Source: Octopus sinensis (lineage: Eukaryota). Taken from it: DNA of 15,677 nucleotides. The number at the start of each line of letters is the position of its first letter. Position 1 is the stretch's first letter. The notes beneath the pieces were generated by a model. It was not told the DNA's origin. It worked only from the letters and a program-made list of their open reading frames with translations, and did no database searches. Position numbers and translations under genes: made by a program. Below are positions 9,403-15,677 of the stretch, piece after piece. The stretch lies in contig NW_021825413.1 of NCBI RefSeq assembly GCF_006345805.1, forward strand, positions 1 to 15,677. Direction: 5' to 3'.

Positions 9403-9571
9403 GATGGGCTGAATCCTGGAAGTACTGCTATACCAGGCCAACCCGTGGCAAAGGCGGAGCAAGCCCCTAACTCTTCGCCTCGTTCTAAAAATCAGTTTAA
9501 TATCGATGGTCCCAAATAGGGACCGTATCAGATATTAAGCTGATAAGAACAGATACTACACTTTGATCTTA
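9403..9571 (-). pseudogene. U2: U2 spliceosomal snRNA retrocopy, 5'-truncated (lacks about 21 nt)
   Basis: Minus strand reads TAAGATCAAAGTGTAGTATCTGTTCTTATCAGCTTAATATCTGATACGGTCCCTATTTGGGACC...GATTTTTAG...GGGGCTTGCTCC...GGGTTGGCCTGGTATAGCAGTACTTCCAGGATTCAGCCCATC. It shows the branch-point recognition GTAGTA, stem IIa (TATCAG/CTGATA), stem IIb (GGTCCC/GGGACC), a variant Sm site (ATTTTTA) and stems III and IV. The conserved 5' ATCGCTTCTCGGCCTTTTGGC is missing. Confidence 0.95.
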
Positions 9572-9682
9572 CTATTTACATGGAAAATATAATTGTAAAT
9601 ATAAAATGTAGGAAATAAATGTGATGAAATAGATTAATATCTCATTAAAAAAGAAAAGGATTTTTCTAGAAACTTTTTCACT

Positions 9683-9945
9683 TCAGGTTTTGGAGAAATG
9701 ATATTTCATTTTCGTTACAATTACATCAAAGTAGGGGCATTTTGATGCCAGAGCAGTTTGGGTACAGTCTTCGGGGCCCAATCGATTACTCTGCTTTGTT
9801 TTTATGCTCATTAAAGTGGAACATCCTTGTTTGCAAAGGTGGGTTGTTGTGAAAAGCAGCAACTTTTAGACTGCCTCATCATATGCAATTTTGAAAGCCT
9901 CTACTGCGTTTGACATCCAGAAATGTCTCCTAAACACGTCCCTTA
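9683..9945 (-). pseudogene. hAT transposase C-terminal dimerisation-domain remnant
   Basis: Manual translation gives FWMSNAVEAFKIAYDEAV*KLLLFTTTHLCKQGCSTLMSIKTKQSNRLGPEDCTQTALASKCPYFDVIVTKMKYHFSKT*. This resembles the Buster/Charlie motif FW...LLPF.TTYLCE.GFS.L..IKTK.RNRL. In-frame stop at 9866-9868; terminal TGA at 9683-9685. Confidence 0.88.
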
Positions 9946-10163
9946 CAGACGCAGTGTTGCCAGAAGAACACATTCTGTCATAACAAAGAACACGTTTTTG
10001 ATATAATTTTACTTATGTCTAATCAGCCTTCATTACCCACAAAAATTTCATTTTTACTCCACTAGGGGTAATTTACCCCGATTCGCCAACCCGTGCTCTA
10101 CACCTACTCGTCTACAGGTTACATATTACAACTATTGACCTACAAATCATAGATTACAACCAC

Positions 10164-10190
10164 ATGACTGAAACAAGTAAAATGTAAAAG
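10164..10190 (+). mobile_element. Extreme 3' tail fragment of SINE family 1 type
   Basis: ATGACTGAAACAAGTAAAATGTAAAAG matches the reverse complement of about 14525-14553. Confidence 0.6.
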
Positions 10191-10459
10191 AACAGTTTGC
10201 TCTATCAGGTTTCTTCTGGGGTTAAATACTGACGAAATGACATTAACAACAACACAAACAATAAGAACAAGGATTCTTACATAGAGATGCCTATGTAAAA
10301 ATTGTGAGCAACACCTCTGTTATTATATCTGGACTGTTATGAATGACCTATATATACATATATATACATATATATATATATATAGGTATTATATGTATGT
10401 CTCTCTTTCTCTCTATATATATATGGTATATATGCGTACAAAATATACATACATACATA

Positions 10460-10641
10460 TCGCTATCCACTACACATTCTTTATTTTTTCTCCTCATCTC
10501 TTTCTGTGTTCTTTTCTTTGGAAGAGCGTAGGCTCGAAACGTTAAAGACTTTTTCAATTCCCGTGCGTTATACTAATACATCTGTTTGTTGTCTATACCA
10601 CATGTCTTCGTCTTTTGCTTTTTTTTTTGTGAATTCTCCCC
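10460..10641. mobile_element. Interspersed repeat family X, copy 3 (inverted relative to copies 1 and 2)
   Basis: GAAGAGCGTAGGCTCGAAACGTTAAAGAC...GTCTTCGTCTTTTG is the reverse complement of copies 1 and 2. Confidence 0.75.
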
Positions 10642-10670
10642 TATATATATATATATATATATAATAATAA

Positions 10671-11539
10671 GAGTAAATAATTTCTATAAAGGCTTTTAAA
10701 AAAACCCCAATTATTTACTGGTAGAATTCGGTATGTAAATATAGCCGATTACCGGCAGGAACTTCTGTAAAGTTCAGTATATATATTGTATATAAGAAAA
10801 AGGGACAGGCAACAGGTTGCTTGACCGCATACCGAAAAAATAGAAATAGCAGTCAAGAATGCTTATTTCTATCAAAGTTGGACTCCGGGCATGACAAACC
10901 CTGCAATTCACATATGCAAAACAGAAGGAATAAGATAACGAAAACGAAGTCTGGTGGTTATCTGTGAACATCATGTTTCTGGATTATAAAACATATTGAA
11001 TATATATTTCATATATATTTTTGATATATATTCATATACATTGCATATATATTTCACATCCTTCTTCAGCACAGCTTTCCATTGAAAAGATTATCATAGA
11101 TTTATCAAATGCTACGTACCTCAAACCTTCCGACCATGCGACATCAAAAATTGAAGAAGTGAGCAAAAGCTAAACCTACATAGACGTTTGAATTCGTAAA
11201 TCTTCCCTCCAAAATTTTGCCATGCGCACTACAAAAATAGTTCCATATGATTAGAACTATTGGGTTGTCATAAGGGAGTGAAAAATCCAATAGTAATATA
11301 ATAATAAAGAGTAAATAATTTCTATAAAGGCTTTTAAAAAAACCCCAATTATTTACTGGTAGAATTCGGTATGTAAATATAGCTCGTTTTCGTTATCTAT
11401 TCTTCTCGTTTTGCATATTGAATTACAGGGTTTGTCGTGCCTGGAGTCCAACTTTTGATAGAAATAAGCATTCTTTGACTGCTATTTCTATTTTTTCGGT
11501 ATGCGGTCAAGCAACCTGTTGCCTGTCCCTTTTTTTCTT
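10671..11539. repeat. Composite direct (A) and inverted (B) duplication
   Basis: A: 10671-10745 equals 11309-11383 (75 nt, identical by eye). B: 10794-10947 is the reverse complement of 11384-11539 with scattered differences. Confidence 0.92.
10962..11074 (-). ncRNA. Candidate type-I hammerhead ribozyme (PLE-type)
   Basis: CTGTG (stem I) - CTGAAGA - A - GGAT...ATCC (stem II) - A - GAAA - CAT G ATG T (stem III) - T - CACAG (stem I'). Predicted cleavage triplet GUU. Confidence 0.65.
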
Positions 11540-11719
11540 TATATATATATATATATATATAATATATATATAATATATATATATATATACTTTCAAAATA
11601 TATATCTGGATTCGGAAAGACACACAATGACACTCATTCACCACATTCCCTCTCTCTCTCTTTCTCTCTCTCTCCTCTCTCACACACATACGCACATAAC
11701 AAATACATCAGATATACAG

Positions 11720-11761
<42 letters not shown>

Positions 11762-11765
<4 letters not shown>

Positions 11766-11805
11766 GATAGATAGATAGATAGATAGATAGACAGGACAGA
11801 CAAAC

Positions 11806-11880
<75 letters not shown>
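11762..11880. repeat. (GATA)n microsatellite, interrupted by GACA units
   Basis: Read directly from the sequence. Confidence 0.95.
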
Positions 11881-12313
11881 CAAATAGATAAAGACAGAAT
11901 GAGAGGGTGAGAAAGGAAGAGCCGTATGCACTTCGAAGCGTTGGCAAAACGGACACGGACACACATCACAATTAGATAAGAGATGTACGAACACACAGAC
12001 ACAATACAACACAACAGATTGCCAAACTGCTTCTTATTCTTTCTCTATCTCTCCCCTCCCCTCCCCATCTCTCTCTCTCTCTCTGTCATTGACGGTAAAG
12101 ATTGCGTCTGGCTCTGTCGCTGGTCAGTGTAGAGTTATGTAATGCCTTTGTTATATTCATACATGCATACATACATACATATACATATATATACATGTAA
12201 ATATTTATACACAAATACATGTGTATATATACACACACACACACATACATACGAAGTGAAGTTTGTTTTTTATCAACTTCTCTGTATGTCTTTCACCCAT
12301 ATGTATGTATGCA

Positions 12314-12345
<32 letters not shown>

Positions 12346-12534
12346 CCTCGGTAAATACACATTCATACATTCATACACAGACACACACACACATATATAT
12401 ATATATATACATTTATATATATATATATAAATAATGTAAATAATATCTAAACATATATATATATATACACTCATCTATCTATATATTGTATGTATATAGA
12501 TATATATGTATAGATATTTGCATAAATACATTCA

Positions 12535-12901
12535 TCTCTCTCTATATAAACAGCAGGTTTGTCTGTGTGGTTTCTGTGTGTCTTTAGGTTGTACCCTCAC
12601 CCTGACCACGGCTTTCTACCGATTCTGATGAAACTGACACACACATAGCCCAATGTCATAATTCAAAACTAACGCAGCGAAAATTTTGAAAAGTTCCCCC
12701 GTTCTGAAAAAGATCGATAAATTCGACATGGGGTCGACAATCAGAAACACAAACCACAGATGGCTAGGGGACGCAACTCGACCTTTTTAACTCTCAAAAA
12801 AAATTTACCCCCATTTTTTGATATTTTTTGGCTATAACTCTCTAAAAATGCTTTATAGTTATTTCCCTTACAAACCTGAGCAACGCGGGCGATACTGCTA
12901 G
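12535..12901 (+). mobile_element. Non-autonomous Helitron
   Basis: Starts with TC after an A (12534) and ends CTAG before a T (12902). A decayed subterminal GC-rich palindrome (CCTGAGCAACGCGGG) lies about 10 nt before the CTAG. No ORF. Confidence 0.75.
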
Positions 12902-12969
12902 TTATTAAATTATATATATATATATATAGATATTATATATTATACATACATACCGACATACATACATTA

Positions 12970-13467
12970 CAGGGTGCGATGAATGATCTCTCGTCTAAAT
13001 TACTCAAAAATGAAAAGAACACTGACACCTCATTTTAGCATATATGTACCGAATTTAATAAAAATTTGAAATACTAATGAGTAAATTTATTCAATAAAAT
13101 CGCCATTGGCTTCATCCACAGTCTCCAGATGGTTTTGGAATCTCCTGCGACTCTTCTTGATGCAGAGTTTAAATTGGTAAATGCTGCCATAATCCCAGCC
13201 TTCAGTTCATCTTTGGTACTAGAAGGAGTTTTGTTAGTCTCACGTTCAACTGCGCCCCACACATAATAATCAACGGGGTTGCAGTGCTGGAGTTTGGTGG
13301 CCAGTTGTTAGGAGTGATGTGGTCGCAGAAATTGTCTCACAGCTATGACTGTGTTCTCCTGCTTCTGTTCATGGTGCAGGGTCTTCCAGCAGCTACCCTC
13401 TTCCAGATATAGGGCCTTACAGCAGCCACCCTCTTGGCCTAGGGTAGCACCACCAGCTCCAGGCATC
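12970..13467 (-). mobile_element. Tc1/mariner element 3' half with one TIR (probably maT/DD37D-like)
   Basis: TA (12968-12969) is followed by the TIR start CAGGGTGCG at 12970, adjacent to a transposase remnant. The subfamily is inferred from the WPPNS..CNP.DYYVWG motif; the second catalytic Asp region is disrupted in this copy. Confidence 0.85.
13087..13467 (-). pseudogene. Mariner-type DDD transposase C-terminal remnant
   Basis: Pieces across frames read CLELVVLP*AKRVAAVRPYIW, SRRTQS*L*DNFCDHITPNNWPPNS, CNPVDYYVWGAVERETNKTPSSTKDELKAGIMAAFTNLN and EANGDFIE*. There are stops, frameshifts and an internal duplication (CAGCAGCYACCCTCTT at 13387 and 13420). It overlaps ORF 13074-13262. Confidence 0.9.
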
Positions 13468-13469
13468 CG

Positions 13470-13535
13470 TGTTGAGTCGTAATGGTTATAGTGTTTAACT
13501 CAGAATCGAAACCTTGTGTTCGATTCCCAGCAGCG
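13470..13535 (+). mobile_element. tRNA-like SINE head fragment
   Basis: GTCGTAATGGTT (A-box-like)...GTTCGATTCCCAG (B box). Too degenerate to fold as a true tRNA. Confidence 0.55.
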
Positions 13536-13543
13536 AATTTTGT

Positions 13544-13665
13544 GGCCTAAAACTCTGGAGGAGAGGACCAGTCGATTATATCGACCCAAGTGTTTCACTG
13601 GTACTTAATTTATCGACCCCCGAAAAGATGAAAGACAGAGTCGATCGAGGCGGGATTTGAACTTC
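13544..13665 (-). mobile_element. SINE family 2 internal fragment
   Basis: CCAGTCGATTATATCGACCC...GTACTTAATTTATCGACCC...GGATTTGAACT matches 7120-7220. Confidence 0.82.
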
Positions 13666-13956
13666 AAGTGCTGCGATCCGATGCATGTGGATTTTTTTCT
13701 TTCTACTGCATTTTATTAAATGATCACCTGTTGAAGTACTTTTAATTAAGTACACCTTCATATTAAAATAATTAGACTGTCAAAATTTGATACATACATG
13801 TATATATATATCCGCATAAAACTAATTTACCCAACGTGTTTGAATTGTAGATCACGTGACGCATGTACTATGCAACACATATATATATATATATATGTAT
13901 ATATGTATATATATATACATACATACACACGCGCATACACGCACACACATACCGAA

Positions 13957-14104
13957 GTGGTGGTGAACTGGCAGTATAACACGTCGGACAGGATGGTTTA
14001 CGGTGTATTTTGTCTGTCTTAAGGTTCTGAGTTCAAATTCTGCCGAGGTCGACTTCGCCTTACAATCTTTCGGGTTCGACAAAAATAAGCACCAGTTGAG
14101 CACT
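13957..14104 (+). mobile_element. Diverged SINE family 2 5' part
   Basis: GTTCTGAGTTCAAATTCTGCCGAGGTCGACTTCGCCTT is a close reverse-complement match to 7185-7225. Confidence 0.8.
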
Positions 14105-14378
14105 CATAATTTGAAATTAGTTTATATATATATAGTGAAGGAATGAAAATAGCTGTGAGATATGCAGGGATATTGCATTTGTAGATCCATTATTTAGGCA
14201 GGCTGGTATACATATAAAATTCCCCTACCTTGTGAGTAAGTTCCAATAGTATTTAAAATTGGTAATTCCAAGTATAGAGTTTGTACACAGGGTTTTATTT
14301 ATTATTTTATTTCCTCCACCTCACTCTCTATTTTACATCTTATCTAAAATAACTATTGCTTAACCATATTCTCACAAC

Positions 14379-14426
14379 GTCTCCGATGAAGGGATTTAAT
14401 AAATATGCCGGAAACAGCTGTAAGAC
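14379..14426 (+). ncRNA. Hammerhead-like motif with U4C core variant
   Basis: GTCT - CCGATGA - A GGGAT...ATGCC G - GAAA - C AGCT G T - A - AGAC. Predicted GUA triplet; palindromic AGCT loop. Confidence 0.5.
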
Positions 14427-14514
14427 CTTCTATTGATAAATGTTCTAAAATCTTTCACAGCCTTGGATTTATATATATACACACATATATATAATATATA
14501 TGTATAATATATCT

Positions 14515-14939
14515 CTCTTTTTACTCTTTTACTCTTTTACTTGTTTCAGTCATTTGACTGCGGCCATGCTGGAGCACCGCCTTTAGTCGAGCAAATCGAC
14601 CCCGGGACTTACTCTTTGTAAGCCCAGTACTTATTCTATCGGTCTCTTTTGCCGAACCGCTAAGTGACGGGGACGTAAACACACCAGCATCGGTTGTCAA
14701 GCAATGCTAGGGGGACAAACACAGACACACAAACATATACACACACATACATATGTATATATATATACATATATACGACAGGCATCTTTCAGTTTCCGTC
14801 TACCAAATCGACTCACAAGGCATTGGTCGGCCCGAGGCTATAGCAGAAGACACTTGCCCAAGATGCCACGCAGTAGAACTGAACCCGGAACCATGTGGTT
14901 GGTAAGCAAGCTACTTACCACACAGCCTCTCCTGCGCCT
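14515..14939 (-). mobile_element. Full-length tRNA-derived SINE (family 1, resembles octopus OR-type/CORE-like SINEs) with internal microsatellite
   Basis: Head AGGCGCAGGAGAGGCTGTGTGGTAAG...GGTTCCGGGTTCAGTTC with A/B-box-like motifs, central GCATCTTGGGCAAGTGTCTTC, internal (TA/TG) tract, tail GGCGGTGCTCCAGCATGGCCGCAGTCAAATGACTGAAAC plus (GTAAAAGA)n. The family name is from memory. Confidence 0.88.
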
Positions 14940-15061
14940 ATATATATATATGCATACACAACATTCAAAATATACATGCACACATGCAAACACATATAAC
15001 ACGTGCATTTATACGCACACATATGTGCATTTATGCTTTTATGCATGTCAATTTATGCCTG

Positions 15062-15069
15062 TCTATCTT

Positions 15070-15136
<67 letters not shown>

Positions 15137-15221
15137 GTCTGTCTGTCTGTCTGTGTGCATATTCACATATGCATATCTCTATATATATATATATGTAAAT
15201 ATACATAAATATATTATATAT

Positions 15222-15269
<48 letters not shown>

Positions 15270-15284
15270 TATACATACTATATA
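15062..15284. repeat. (ATCT)n, (GTCT)n and (TA)n microsatellites
   Basis: Read directly from the sequence. Confidence 0.93.
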
Positions 15285-15677
15285 CCGGAGTAAACTCATA
15301 AATGTGAAACAAGGTGGAAAAAAGAGTATTCAAATACCAGTGGTAGAGTAATATGCTTTAAAGTATATATACTATATATATAGATGTGTATGTATATATA
15401 TATATATACACATATACCAATATAAATTTATATATGTATACACATATACCAATATTAATTTTTATAAGTATATATATGTATGTATATAAATATAAATAGA
15501 TATATAGATATATTTACATACATGTATATCCACACACACACATATTGCACATTTCTTATTAAAACGTACCCAGTTTAAACGTTTCTACAGAAAAGTAACT
15601 AAACTAAACCGGTCAAAAATTTGCAATACATATATATATGTATATAAATATCTATATGAGTGTATGTGCGTGTGTGT

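Larger units (their letters stand above)
9221..10095 (-). mobile_element. Internally deleted hAT DNA transposon (Buster/Charlie-like)
   Basis: Imperfect TIRs (TGTAGGGTTGGAGAA at 9221; reverse complement CACGGGTTGGCGAA ending at 10095). The 8-bp TSD candidate TGCTACAC (9213-9220) / CTCTACAC (10096-10103) has a central TA. The flanking 28-bp array resumes in phase across the element, and a transposase remnant lies inside. Confidence 0.8.
6530..10165 (+). repeat. Degenerate 28-bp minisatellite (consensus about GACCTACAAACTACACACTACAACTACT), interrupted by insertions
   Basis: Unit starts fall at 6731, 6759, 6787, 6815, 6843, 6871, 6899, 6927, 6955 and at 7465, 7493, 7521, 7549, 7577, 7605, 7633, 7661, all exactly 28 apart. 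Segments are about 6530-6980, 7294-8060, 8330-8560, 8875-9030, 9190-9220 and 10096-10165. Confidence 0.92.

Noticed and set aside
9403-9571. Functional U2 snRNA gene
   Set aside because: The first 21 nt or so (stem I and the U6-pairing region) are absent, the Sm site is altered, and it is embedded in a transposon with a retroposon tail.
6530-10165. CRISPR-like array or coding tandem repeat
   Set aside because: Eukaryotic context, contiguous degenerate units without unique spacers, and a period not divisible by 3.
13074-13262. ORF MWGAVERETNK... as a functional CDS
   Set aside because: It is a frameshifted piece of the dead mariner transposase.
5-15263. Most ORFs in the supplied track (YI-, YLSI-, HT-, CV-, poly-T/V- and FL-rich)
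   Set aside because: They are translations of microsatellites or low-complexity DNA, often open in several overlapping frames, with no domain signal.

Overview
Eukaryotic, AT-rich, non-coding DNA packed with microsatellites and decayed mobile elements. It is most likely from an octopod cephalopod; this is inferred from resemblance to octopus tRNA-derived SINEs recalled from memory, not from a database search. No credible host protein-coding gene is present, and nearly all supplied ORFs are translations of microsatellites. Supportable content: several tRNA-headed SINE families, a degenerate 28-bp minisatellite (about 6530-10165) interrupted by SINEs and by an internally deleted Buster-like hAT element, a Tc1/mariner transposase remnant, a non-autonomous Helitron, and probable Penelope-like element (PLE) fragments. 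The two most interesting signals are (1) a 5'-truncated U2 snRNA copy fused at its mature 3' end to a retroposon 3' tail, nested in the hAT element, and (2) several type-I hammerhead-ribozyme-like motifs. One of these (minus strand, 10962-11074) has an intact core and sits inside a direct/inverted repeat structure. Coordinates were read by eye, so ends may be off by a few bases.
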